A DNA stretch of 64,000 nt from the NCBI GenBank assembly GCA_035273165.1, contig DATEPP010000139.1:158-64157 (forward strand). The letters run 5' to 3'. Origin of the DNA: Gemmatimonadaceae bacterium. GTDB lineage: Bacteria; Gemmatimonadota; Gemmatimonadetes; Gemmatimonadales; Gemmatimonadaceae. The notes under the pieces were generated by a model. It was given only the letters and a program-made list of their open reading frames with translations. It ran no database searches and was not told the origin of the DNA. Shown piece after piece: positions 44,472 to 54,700 of the stretch (positions are counted from its first letter, which is position 1; every line of letters begins with the position of its first letter). Position numbers and translations under genes: made by a program.

Positions 44472-46370
44472 ATGCACGGCGAACGGCATTGGTCTCGGAT
44501 GTCTCTGGCGCGGAAGCTCTCGCTGCTCATGGGCGCGGTGCTGGCCGCGTGCCTCCTCGTGGTACTGGGAGCCGCGTACGAGGTTCTTACGAGGTCGGCG
44601 GTAACGGGCGCCACGGAGAGCCTCCAGCGGGCCACTCGGCAGCTCGCGAGCACCGCCGAAACGAGCATCCGACAATCGTGGGCCCGGTACGACTCCGTCG
44701 CGAGGAATGACGCCGTACGCCTGACAATTACGGGTGCTCCACCCGGCCGCGTGAATGACAGTACGCGAGCGGCCGCGGAGCGTGCGCTGGCGCGGTTGAC
44801 CAGTCCCGTGGACTCAGGGCTACCCGTGGAGCTCTGGAGCGCTAATGGTCAGCGCGTGGCCGTCGTAGGCCTGCCCGAGGGAGTGAGCGAACCCGTTCTT
44901 CCCGAGTCTCAGACGGGTGAAAATATGCTGGGCGGCACGCCCAGCCTCCCGAGATTCGGCATCGACGCTGGTCATGGCGATTCGGTGCAACTCGGACGGC
45001 TGTATGCCTCAGGCGGGCGTGTGTACTTCTGGATCGTGAAGCCGGTAATGGAGCGCGGTCGCGCTGTGGGCTTCCTGGCGCAGCAGCGCCGCATCGCCAC
45101 CAATCCCCAAGCGGAGCGCAACGTACGCGCGCTCGCTGGCGAAGGGGTGAGCATGTTTTACCGCAATGCGGACGGGAGCGTGTGGTCGAGCGTCGGTGGA
45201 GTGCCGTCGCCACCATCGCGTCTCGTACCCAACGATTCGACGCGCGCGACGCGTGGTGCCGGCGAGGAGGTGATTATCGCGCAGGCCCCGATCGGCGGCA
45301 CACCGCTGGTGATCACCATGGAGTCGCGTCTCGGGAATGTTCTCGTGGCGCCGCGGAAGACGCTTCGGAAGCTCCTCCTCGTCGGCCTTGCGCTGTTGAT
45401 TGCCGGAATGGGCGCGGCGCTCCTGATCGGCAAGGATGTCGCGCGACCGATCACCGCGATCGCCGACGGGGCCGAGGCGATTGCGCGCGGTGAATACGAG
45501 ACTCGCGTCGCGGGGGCGGGGACACTCGAGACGGTACGCCTCGCGAACAGCTTCAACCACATGGCGAATGAAGTCGCGGTGGCTCACCGTGCCCTGGAGC
45601 AGAAGACCGCCGACGCGCAGTCCGCGAATCGCGCGAAGACAGATTTTCTCGCGACGGTGAGCCATGAGCTGCGCACGCCGCTCAATGCGATCGCCGGCTA
45701 TACCGAGCTGCTCGAGATGGGATTGCGCGGCCCTTTGACGGACGCGCAGCGTCGCGATCTCGCCCGCATTCGCGCGAGTGGGCAACATCTCCTGGGACTC
45801 ATTAGCGGCGTCCTCGATCTAAACCGCATCGAGCGCGGTCACGTGAGCTATGCATTGGTGCGGATAGCGGTCGAGCCGTTCCTCGCCGAGCTCGATGCGC
45901 TCATATCGCCCCAGGCCGCGGCGAAGTCGTTGACCTTGGAGTACGTCCCCGCACCGAGCTCACTGACGGTGATGGCGGATCGCGAGAAGACACGTCAGAT
46001 AATGCTCAACTTACTCTCGAACGCGATCCGCTATACGCCTTCCGGTGGTCGGATCACGCTTGCCGCGCGCGCCAACGAAGAGGACCGCGTGGAGATCTGC
46101 GTCGAGGATACGGGTCCGGGAATCCCCGAGAGTCGACGCGAGGATGTGTTCGAGCCATTCGTTCAGCTCGATCGCTCGCTCTCCCAGCCGCAGGAGGGAC
46201 TCGGTCTGGGGCTCGCGATCAGTCGCGACCTGGCGCGCGGGATGCGCGGCGACCTCATGGTCAGCGGCAATGCCAAGGGCGGCGCGAGCTTCGTCCTGGT
46301 GCTGCCGCAGGGCAGCGCAGCTGAGCGCGCCGACGTGACGACCAGCGGCGAGACGCCCGCCTATCGCTAG
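44472..46370 (+). CDS. Sensor histidine kinase (periplasmic domain, HAMP, HisKA, HATPase_c)
   Basis: H-box VSHELRTPLNAI, N-box LLSNAIRYT, G-boxes DTGPGI and GLGLGLAI. Confidence 0.85.
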   Translation: MHGERHWSRMSLARKLSLLMGAVLAACLLVVLGAAYEVLTRSAVTGATESLQRATRQLASTAETSIRQSWARYDSVARNDAVRLTITGAPPGRVNDSTRAAAERALARLTSPVDSGLPVELWSANGQRVAVVGLPEGVSEPVLPESQTGENMLGGTPSLPRFGIDAGHGDSVQLGRLYASGGRVYFWIVKPVMERGRAVGFLAQQRRIATNPQAERNVRALAGEGVSMFYRNADGSVWSSVGGVPSPPSRLVPNDSTRATRGAGEEVIIAQAPIGGTPLVITMESRLGNVLVAPRKTLRKLLLVGLALLIAGMGAALLIGKDVARPITAIADGAEAIARGEYETRVAGAGTLETVRLANSFNHMANEVAVAHRALEQKTADAQSANRAKTDFLATVSHELRTPLNAIAGYTELLEMGLRGPLTDAQRRDLARIRASGQHLLGLISGVLDLNRIERGHVSYALVRIAVEPFLAELDALISPQAAAKSLTLEYVPAPSSLTVMADREKTRQIMLNLLSNAIRYTPSGGRITLAARANEEDRVEICVEDTGPGIPESRREDVFEPFVQLDRSLSQPQEGLGLGLAISRDLARGMRGDLMVSGNAKGGASFVLVLPQGSAAERADVTTSGETPAYR

Positions 46371-46555
46371 GGCGGGGAAAGTTCGCGGACGCGAGTCTGG
46401 ATGTGTCGCGTCCGTGCAACACAGTTTGCTGCGCGATCGCGTTCGAGTGAATCGTTCCGCGCAATTTCGTACGAGGCGCGACCTGCGGTAGGTCGTTATG
46501 CCATCGTGAATTGGACCCAGTCGAGATGTCGCGCCGCAGATATCGTTAGACCGGC

Positions 46556-48655
46556 ATGCGTTGCGCAATTACTTTGGACGCCCCACGCACCGGAGATGGT
46601 GTGACCCCCGACGTTCTGGAGCCGCAACACGCGCTCGCGCTCCGCCCCGGAGTAATACTCGCTGATCGCTTTCGTCTCGTTCGTTCCGTCCGCGGAGCGA
46701 GCCCGTTCGCGTTCAGCTATCAGGCGGAAGATCTAACGACGGGCGAATCCGTCGTCGTCAAAGAATTCTTCCCGCGGAGTCTTGTCTCGCGCGCCGCCGA
46801 CGGCTTGTCGGTGCGCCCGCATTCACCCGAATGCGAACGCGACTTCCTTCGTGCATTGCACCGGTACGCCCTCGAGGGCGCGACACTCGCCGAGAGCACG
46901 CATCCGAATCTGGTGCGCGTCCGCGCCGTGGTCGACGCGAACGCCACCGTCTATCTCGTGATGAATCGCCACGAGACACAGCCGCTGGCGGACTATCTGC
47001 GCGCGGCGGGCGGTCGGGTTGCTTCGGCGGACGCGGGGCGGATCATTCAGCATCTACTCTCGGCGCTGCAGGTGCTGCATACGGAGAGCATCATCCATCG
47101 CGATCTGTCGCCGCGGTCGGTGCATGTCGGCGCGGACGGATCGGCGATCCTGCTCGAGTTCAGCGCGCGCCGGCACCTGCCACTGCATGCGACGGATCTC
47201 GCCGCCGGCTTCGCCGCCTTCGAGCAGTACGGGATGCGCGACATCGGCCCGTGGACCGACGTGTATGCCGTCTCCGCGCTGTTGTACTATCTCCTCACCG
47301 GCACCGTGCCGCCGTCGGCGCTCGATCGAGCCGCTGGCGAGGCAATCGTCTCTCCACTCGCCTCCATCCCGGGCGTCGCGCCGGGACTGGCGCGCCTCGC
47401 GCTAAAGGGCATGGCGCTGCTGCCGCAACAGCGGCCGCATGCCGTGTCGGAGCTGCGCCGCCTTCTCGACGGTGCGTTGTCGGAAGCAGCTGCGGCCGCA
47501 CCGCGAAGCACGCCGGTTTCCGCACCCGCGGAGGCTGCCCCGCTCGACATGGCATCGCCCGCCGACGATCCGGCCATCGCTGACTACGACCGGTCGGCGC
47601 CATTGCGTCTCGCCGCCGGCGGGATCGTCGTACCCGGCGAGGAGCGCGGCGTCAGACTGTTGCGCATGTTGGGTGGCGCGGCCTCGCGGCTCCGTCGCTC
47701 GATGACCCCCAGTCCTGCTGCGTCGAGTGAATGGTACGCCGCCACGCCGGACGCTCCGGTTGCGCGTGCCGTTCGGGAGATCGAGCCCGACCCGGCACCG
47801 GTCGTGGAGCGAACGGCTGTCAAAGCGCCCGCTCCAACGTTCGCCGCACCGCCCGTCGCTCCACTGCCGGAGCCGACTCAGTCGCTGCTCGAAGAGGAGC
47901 CGCGCGGACGCGATCTGGCCGCCGAGCTCGCCCTCGCGACCGATTTCATGCATTCGACCGCGCTGGAGCGGGAGAACAGTCGTCGCCGATACAGCATTGC
48001 CGCGATCGCGGGGCTCATCGTCGTTGTCGGGGGGTCATTGGCGCTCCTCGCGCGCAGCAGCCGGGCCAGCGACATCAAGCCGACGGAGCAGAACGTGCCG
48101 GCGGCCAGCAGCGCTGCCGCGCCGAGCGTGACGCCAGGCAGCGGCGACCCGCATGTATCCGTAGAGAGCGGCGCCGTGCAGCAGAGCGCGACACGTGCCG
48201 CGGCTACGCCATCACACGCGGAGTCCGATTCGCCGAGCGCCAAGCACGCGCCCGCCATTGTCCGGCCGACGGCAGCGGCTGTCGCCGCGAACACCGAGCC
48301 CGCGCCCGCGCGCGAGCCGGTGGTACCAGCCGGACGGATGCCTAACGTCAAGATCGCAGTCTCCAGCGCCACTCCGGACCTCAAGATCGTGCCTCCTGAG
48401 CTGCTCGTCGATGCACGCACGCGCCTCACGAACGGCGGCGATCAGGTCGAGCAGGGTGAATACGTCACTGCCCGCCGGACCTTCCGGTCGGCGATTCTCC
48501 AGCTGGACAGCGTGGCCATGCGCTTCCCCGAATCGCAAGCGATCAAGAGCCTGAAGAAGGATCTCGAGCAGGCTGACACTCGCGCCGGGCAGGCGTGCGC
48601 GGCCGAGAACGAGATGCGCAAGCGTCGCGGCGAGCAAGCGAGGGTATGTCAGTGA
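46556..48655 (+). CDS. Ser/Thr protein-kinase-like protein with degenerate catalytic motifs, TM segment and C-terminal extracytoplasmic region
   Basis: Kinase fold (VVVKEF, HPNLVRV, IIHRDLSPRSV, LEFSA). TM segment IAAIAGLIVVVGGSLALLA. Confidence 0.7.
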   Translation: MRCAITLDAPRTGDGVTPDVLEPQHALALRPGVILADRFRLVRSVRGASPFAFSYQAEDLTTGESVVVKEFFPRSLVSRAADGLSVRPHSPECERDFLRALHRYALEGATLAESTHPNLVRVRAVVDANATVYLVMNRHETQPLADYLRAAGGRVASADAGRIIQHLLSALQVLHTESIIHRDLSPRSVHVGADGSAILLEFSARRHLPLHATDLAAGFAAFEQYGMRDIGPWTDVYAVSALLYYLLTGTVPPSALDRAAGEAIVSPLASIPGVAPGLARLALKGMALLPQQRPHAVSELRRLLDGALSEAAAAAPRSTPVSAPAEAAPLDMASPADDPAIADYDRSAPLRLAAGGIVVPGEERGVRLLRMLGGAASRLRRSMTPSPAASSEWYAATPDAPVARAVREIEPDPAPVVERTAVKAPAPTFAAPPVAPLPEPTQSLLEEEPRGRDLAAELALATDFMHSTALERENSRRRYSIAAIAGLIVVVGGSLALLARSSRASDIKPTEQNVPAASSAAAPSVTPGSGDPHVSVESGAVQQSATRAAATPSHAESDSPSAKHAPAIVRPTAAAVAANTEPAPAREPVVPAGRMPNVKIAVSSATPDLKIVPPELLVDARTRLTNGGDQVEQGEYVTARRTFRSAILQLDSVAMRFPESQAIKSLKKDLEQADTRAGQACAAENEMRKRRGEQARVCQ

Positions 48656-49518
48656 TGACGACGCCGGCGTCACCCAACCTGCCGCAGTCGTGTCGCGTGT
48701 TGCTCGGCGCGACAGCCCTCCTTCTCGCCGCAACACCGCTCCGCGCACAAACCGCAATCAAGGCACTGTCGCTCGGCGAAGTCATCGACCTGCGGCAGCA
48801 TGGCGTGTCGTCGCGCCAGATTCTCCGCAGCGCTCGCGAGTACTGCATCGCCTTCTCTCTGGACGACAGCGTCCGTCGCCAGCTCACCGTCGCTGGCGCC
48901 GACACGATGCTCGTCGGCGGATTGAGCAACGTCTGCTCCACCGTCAAGCCGCCGGAAAAGCCGCCGGCGCCGCCGATCGTGGATGACGAGTTCGCGCTCT
49001 CGAGCACGTCGCAGGGCTTTACCTGGACGAATCCGCGCTGCAAGGCGCGGTTCGAGAACGAAGGCGTGCGCATGGAAGACGCGTCGCCCGACGCGCTGTG
49101 CATGGTCCGATATCCGTCGGCCGACATGCCGTCGGACGTGCGTCTCGATCTCGAGATCTCACAGCTCGGGCTCACCCAGCACGGCTCGGTGCTGCTCGGG
49201 TTCGGCCGACAGGATCGGTCGGGCAACTACTACTCGCTGAGCGTGAGCGCGGATCGTCAGGTGGAGCTGTGTTGGAACGCGGATCGTGCGTGCAACTCGC
49301 TCTTCAAGACTGCCTCGGTGGAGGCGGTGCAGACGGATGCGAATGCGACGAACCATGTGATCGTCGAGCTGCGCGGTCAGGAGATCTCGCTTCTCGTCAA
49401 TGACAAGCGGGTCGGCCAGTATACGGCCGACGCGCCGGTCACGGGGAAGCTGATGGTCGGCGTGGGTCCGCAGACGAGCGTCGTGCTCGTGCGTTTGCGC
49501 GCGACACCAATTCGCTAA
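48646..49518 (+). CDS. Secreted hypothetical protein (C-terminal LamG/DUF1080-like beta-sandwich pattern)
   Basis: Signal peptide ...LLGATALLLAATPLRAQ. The start overlaps the kinase stop. Confidence 0.5.
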   Translation: MSVMTTPASPNLPQSCRVLLGATALLLAATPLRAQTAIKALSLGEVIDLRQHGVSSRQILRSAREYCIAFSLDDSVRRQLTVAGADTMLVGGLSNVCSTVKPPEKPPAPPIVDDEFALSSTSQGFTWTNPRCKARFENEGVRMEDASPDALCMVRYPSADMPSDVRLDLEISQLGLTQHGSVLLGFGRQDRSGNYYSLSVSADRQVELCWNADRACNSLFKTASVEAVQTDANATNHVIVELRGQEISLLVNDKRVGQYTADAPVTGKLMVGVGPQTSVVLVRLRATPIR

Positions 49519-51734
49519 TCCGATTCCGCGCGGCGCAGCACGATGAGGGCGAGCGGAACGAGCTCGCCCGCGTCGTTCTTGCGCTCTTGACGTCCCTCCG
49601 CGAGGGCCGCGATCTCGTCGAGGGAGCGCGCGTCGAATTGTCGCGCCCCGGCGAGCGCGGCGAGCACATACTCACCGCCGGCGCCTAACGGGTAGGCGAG
49701 CGCGCGGCGTGCTCGCGACGCCGTCGCCGCAAGCGCGGCACGCTCGTGTCGCGGTACGCGGGCCAGAAGTTCAGTGATTCGATGCGCCAGTCGCGCGCGA
49801 CAGCGCGCACCGGCACGGCTCCCGAGTGAGAGCTCTCGTCTCCCAGCCCAGCGAACCGTCCATGATTGGATGGCGTGCATCGCTCGAGCGATCTCGTCAC
49901 CGCTCGGACGCACCGGCGGTCCGTTGCACGAGACGAGCACACGGGCGACACGAGCAGCATCGAGCGACAAACCGCCGGATTCCGTCTGGGCGAGCACGAG
50001 ACGCTCGTCGCCAGCGCTGAGCACCGCGAGCAGTCCGTCTTCAGGAGCCAGCACCGCTGCGACCACTGGCGACACACCCGCTGGCGATTCCGCGATGTCT
50101 TCCCGGCGCCACCGCTCGAGAACAGCGAGTGAATCGCTCGCTAGCTCCGGTGGCGCGACGGAAGCGGGCGACGGCACGGAATCGAACGTCGGCGCATCGA
50201 GTCCGATGATGGTCGATGCGAGCCGAAGCTTGGCACGGAGACGGGCCTCCACCCGAAGCACGCGCTCGGCGCTCGCGGGCGGCGAGATCGCGTACACATG
50301 AACCTCATCGTGCGGCGAGCCGAGTCGTCGCACACGTCCGACTCGTTGCTCCAGGCGCGCGGGATTCCATGGCAGGTCGAGGTGAATGACGACTGACGCG
50401 TTCTGAAGATCGAGTCCCTCGCTCAGTACATCGGTCGTGACGAGGAGCGTGATTCGATTGCAGTCCTGAGTCGACGGTCGCGCGTTCGGAGTGAATTGCG
50501 CCAGCACCTCGCGCCGGCTCACTCTCCCTCCGGCCACGCGGCCGCCGCGAGCCGTCAGTTCCGCTACACCGCGGCGGCGATTCATGAGCGCGTGCGCAAG
50601 TGAGTGCACTGTTTCGGCGTACTGGCTGAACGCGATGACGCGCGCCTCGGGATGCGAACGGCAAAGGTCCACGATCGCGGCGGCGCGGCACTCGTCCGGG
50701 TCGGGCGAAGCGCGAATGCGAGAGAGGAGAAGCCCGATCGCATCCGCGTGCTCGCGAACGGCGGCAAGAAGAGACGACATTTCCGCGCCGAGACTACCGC
50801 CTAAGGGCGAGAGCAGCTCGGGAAGTGCAAGCTGGAGAGCGCCGTCGATACATGTCCACGCCAGCAACTCGTCGCGAGAGGGCCAACGTCCCGCTTCGAG
50901 TGACGAAGTGAGGGCAAGTGCTTTCGCCAGCCGGCGTCGAAGCCCCGCCATCAGCGCCGCGCGGCTCGACGACCATTGGCGCAGCAATGTGTACGACACG
51001 AGCGCGGCCGCCTCGCCCTCATCGCGCCCGAGAACGGGCGGTGGCAGAGCAAGGAGCTCGTCGAGGAGATCGTCTTCGATCGCGAGAGCAACCCGATGCG
51101 GCCCGACGATGCGAGGCAGTTGGACTCCTACGTCACCGGCGCGGCGCCTGACGACGAATCGCGCCAGCTCATCATCGGTCGCGGCGGCCGCCGCATCGCC
51201 GAGAAAGAGCGCGAGCTCGGCGACGAGATCATCGCGGCGATTCTGGAGTGGCGTCGCGCTCAGGAGCAGCACCCGGGATCGATCGCAGATTCTCGCGAGG
51301 GCGGAATAACGTCTCGTGCGCGGATTCCGGAAATGGTGCGATTCGTCGACGATGACGAGCTGCGGGTCCGAAACCGGAGCCGCGACGCCACGGCTCAATC
51401 GCTCGGCGGAGATGATGGACGCGGTGACACAGGCTCGCGCGGCCGAGTTACGCCAGCTGTCGACGAGCGCGGCGGGCGAGACGATGAGCAGCCGCTCAGC
51501 CGTGGCACCGACAGCCAGCGCGACGAAAGTCTTGCCGAGACCCGTTGCGTCAGCGAGGAGGGCGCCGCCGGCGAATCGCAGCAGCTGGCGGATACGGGCG
51601 ACGGCGCGGCGCTGATGCGGATACAGCGTGAGCTCGCCCAGAACGGCCGCTGGCGGTTCGCCGACCAGAACTTCCCGAGCAATCCGCGCACGAGCGGCGC
51701 TGAGCAGCGCAGCTGCCTCGGACGGTGCGCTCAT
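49515..51734 (-). CDS. SNF2-family helicase/ATPase
   Basis: Motif I ADATGLGKT, II VIVDESHHFRN, III LLSATPLQN, and C-lobe TDVLSEGLDLQ...WNPARLEQRVGRVRRLG. Has a C-terminal extension of about 230 aa of unknown function. Confidence 0.85.
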   Translation of the reverse strand: MSAPSEAAALLSAARARIAREVLVGEPPAAVLGELTLYPHQRRAVARIRQLLRFAGGALLADATGLGKTFVALAVGATAERLLIVSPAALVDSWRNSAARACVTASIISAERLSRGVAAPVSDPQLVIVDESHHFRNPRTRRYSALARICDRSRVLLLSATPLQNRRDDLVAELALFLGDAAAAATDDELARFVVRRRAGDVGVQLPRIVGPHRVALAIEDDLLDELLALPPPVLGRDEGEAAALVSYTLLRQWSSSRAALMAGLRRRLAKALALTSSLEAGRWPSRDELLAWTCIDGALQLALPELLSPLGGSLGAEMSSLLAAVREHADAIGLLLSRIRASPDPDECRAAAIVDLCRSHPEARVIAFSQYAETVHSLAHALMNRRRGVAELTARGGRVAGGRVSRREVLAQFTPNARPSTQDCNRITLLVTTDVLSEGLDLQNASVVIHLDLPWNPARLEQRVGRVRRLGSPHDEVHVYAISPPASAERVLRVEARLRAKLRLASTIIGLDAPTFDSVPSPASVAPPELASDSLAVLERWRREDIAESPAGVSPVVAAVLAPEDGLLAVLSAGDERLVLAQTESGGLSLDAARVARVLVSCNGPPVRPSGDEIARAMHAIQSWTVRWAGRRELSLGSRAGARCRARLAHRITELLARVPRHERAALAATASRARRALAYPLGAGGEYVLAALAGARQFDARSLDEIAALAEGRQERKNDAGELVPLALIVLRRAESD

Positions 51735-54700
51735 GCCGAGAGCCAGGTGAGAAGCGGCGCCAACTCCTCGTGACTGACACCATACGCGTCAAGCGTACCG
51801 TCGAGCAGTGCGTCGCGAAGCTCGCCGTCCGCGAGGGCTCCGCGCATGGCGGCGGTGGCAATGGGCGCGAGGATCGAACGGGCGCGAAGCCAATCCTGAG
51901 GCAACGGAAGGAGCGCCATCGTCCAGCCAAGAAAGCGTCGATAGCCTCCACGCGCCGGCTCGGCGAGAGCGCCGAGCCAGGCTTCAGCGATTGGTGAGTT
52001 CAGGATTGCCGCGAGCGTCCGGGCGTCGTCCTCGTCGGCACAAATGGCGACGTAGCAGCTATTGAGCGGCACCGTTGGATCGCCTGCGTCGAGAATGGTG
52101 GCGCGTGGCGCTCGGCCGAGATCGGCCCAGACAACACGTGGGTGGTCCGTGCGCGCGGCATCCGTGCGGAAGAGAGACCACCAACGGCCAGTGCGGCTGT
52201 CGGCTCGCGCGGCGAGCTGACGACGCCAGGGGTTGAGCCAGCGCGAGGCGCCGGAGGGAAGTCGCTCCATGGGCAGGCCGCGGACGTCGTGTGTCCAGAC
52301 GATATTCTCGTCACCGCCGTCCATGCACCAGGATCGGATGCCTTCGCCGCGGACGACGGGTCTGAGCAGTGCGGTTTCGACGCGCCCCCGCCGGCCATTG
52401 GCGGCGACCACGTCGATGGCGTCGCTCGCTGCGACGGAGGCGCGCCTAACGAGGAAGGCGAGATTGAATCCCGTCTTGACGCCGAGCCGCGGCCGGCCGA
52501 TCGAGCTCTCGGCAAACGGAACGCCGACCGCCCGTAACCGGTCGAAAGCCTGACGGACGTCCGGGGGAAGAATCAGCCATGGACTGCCGGGCGAGTCGTC
52601 AAACGCGAGCTGGCGTCGCGGTAGTCGCCAGCGGAGCGACCCGCAGCCACGATGATATACCGCGGCGAGGATTTCGCCGGGATGATCGTTCGTCGGGCCA
52701 TTCCAGCGCTCGGCAACGATGAGCGACGGATAGACCGCGGCATCGAATGTCGATGGCGCCTCGGCGAGATCCTCGAGCACGGCGACGCGCGTCTCCTCGG
52801 CGAGGAGTCGCCTAACGCCGCCGCCGGCGAGCGCGCGCCAGAGTTTGGCCGGCACGAGAAAGCTCAGCACGGCGCCGGGGCGCAGCAACCGGACGCCACG
52901 CTCGATGAAGAGCGCGGCGAGATCGACCTGCCCGGCGAATCCTGAACCGGCGTGGGCCTGCTCCGCGCCGATCTCCCACCCGCCAGCGCGAAAGACTCGA
53001 TACCGCTCGCGAAGGACTACTCGCTCGCGCGGCGGAATGCGATGGAGACGGACCCATGGCGGATTGCCGAGAACGACGTCGAACCCACCGCGGGCGAGGA
53101 CGTCGGCGAAGTGGACAAGGAAGGAAAAAGGGAGCGCGCCACCACTCGCGAGTCGTCGTCGCTCCAAGCGCAGAGCGGCCGCGCGAGCGCGGAGCGTGCG
53201 CGTGTGCAGTCGTGCGTCGCCTGACGAGTGGTTCCGGTCGCCAAAGAGATCTCGCGACCGGAGCGCTACGAGGATGTCGCGACGCTGAGCGGCAATGCTC
53301 GTGAGCTCGAGATCGATGGTGTCGATCGCGAGTCGCCGCTCCTCACGATCGAGGAGCCTGACGAGCGTCTCCTTGCGGCGGCCGCTGGCGCGCGCGTACC
53401 GCTCGCGGAGTCGCCTCAGCATACCGGCACGAGAGGGTAGCGCGGAGCGATCGGTGCCGACATCGGCGGCGAGTGAATCGCCGACGCGAATGTTGTGGTC
53501 AAGATTGGGCAGAGGCTCGACCCGGCGCGGATCAGACACCTCGGACTCGATGACGACGGACAGCCAGAGGCGGAGCTCGCATAGCCACACCGCCGTCGGA
53601 TTTCTGTCGATGCCGAAGATCGATCGCGTCAACACGTCGCGGCGGACGTCGGCGACGGGACGATCGTCGCCGGAGGCACGGCGCAGTGTTGCGAGCTCCT
53701 CGAGCGCGTACACGAGAAAGGCGCCCGATCCGCACGCAGGATCGAGGACCGTGATCTCTTCGAGACGTTGCCGCCGCGCCTGGCGAACGATCTCCGTCGC
53801 GTTGGCGAGACTGCTGGAGACGCATGTATTCGGTGACAGCGCGAGGACGCGTCCGAGCGCGGCATCAGTAGCGTGCGCAACCAGAGCATGGGGCGTGTAG
53901 AACGACCCGCTGCCCTTTCGATCAGCGGTCGCCATCAACGACTCGAACGCCTTGCCGAGCATCTCGGGATCCACCGCCAGCTCGGCCCAATCGGTTCCTT
54001 CCTCGCGCGCGGTGAATCGGTAGCGGGCGAAGAGATCACCGAAGAGCCGGCCGATCTCGTCATCGGGGAAGTGAACACCGCGCAGGCGTCGCTCGTTAGG
54101 CGTGCGCGCGAAAAGGCCGCCATTGAGAAATGGAATTCGGCCGAGCGCGCGCGCGGCGGGGGCGCGACGGGCGTGTCGCGTGTTGAGCGTGCCGAAAAAG
54201 AGAGGGAGGAGCACGCGTCGATGGAACCCGCCGCCCGAAGTCATACAGGCGTCGAAAGTACGGCTGAGGAAAGCGCGGTCGTCGTCGAGCCATCCTTTCG
54301 CCTCGAGGAAGCAGAGGAAGAGCAAGCGAGAGCTGTACAGCAGCGCGAGCTCGCGGCGTTCCTCCTGCGTGCCGCGGTCGAGCGCGCTGGCGAGGGATTG
54401 AACACGGGTCTCGAGCGAACGATAGAACCGGCGGCTGAGCGCCTCGCGTCCGAGGATCTCGACCCAGCGCTGGTGTGTCAGGACATCGGCATCCGCGCGC
54501 GGATCGGCGACGGCAGCAAGGGTGGCGAGGGTTTCGGCGTCGCTATCGACGACGCGGTCGCGTTGCGCGACGAGCGCGGCAACGCGGGGCGGCCGGCGGT
54601 CTACGCTCCAGGCTGCGATGGCGACGGACGAAGAAGCTGGTTGCGTGGCGAGGACGATCCAGAGCACGTGCGGCGTGTGCTGCGCGAGTCGATGCGCTGC

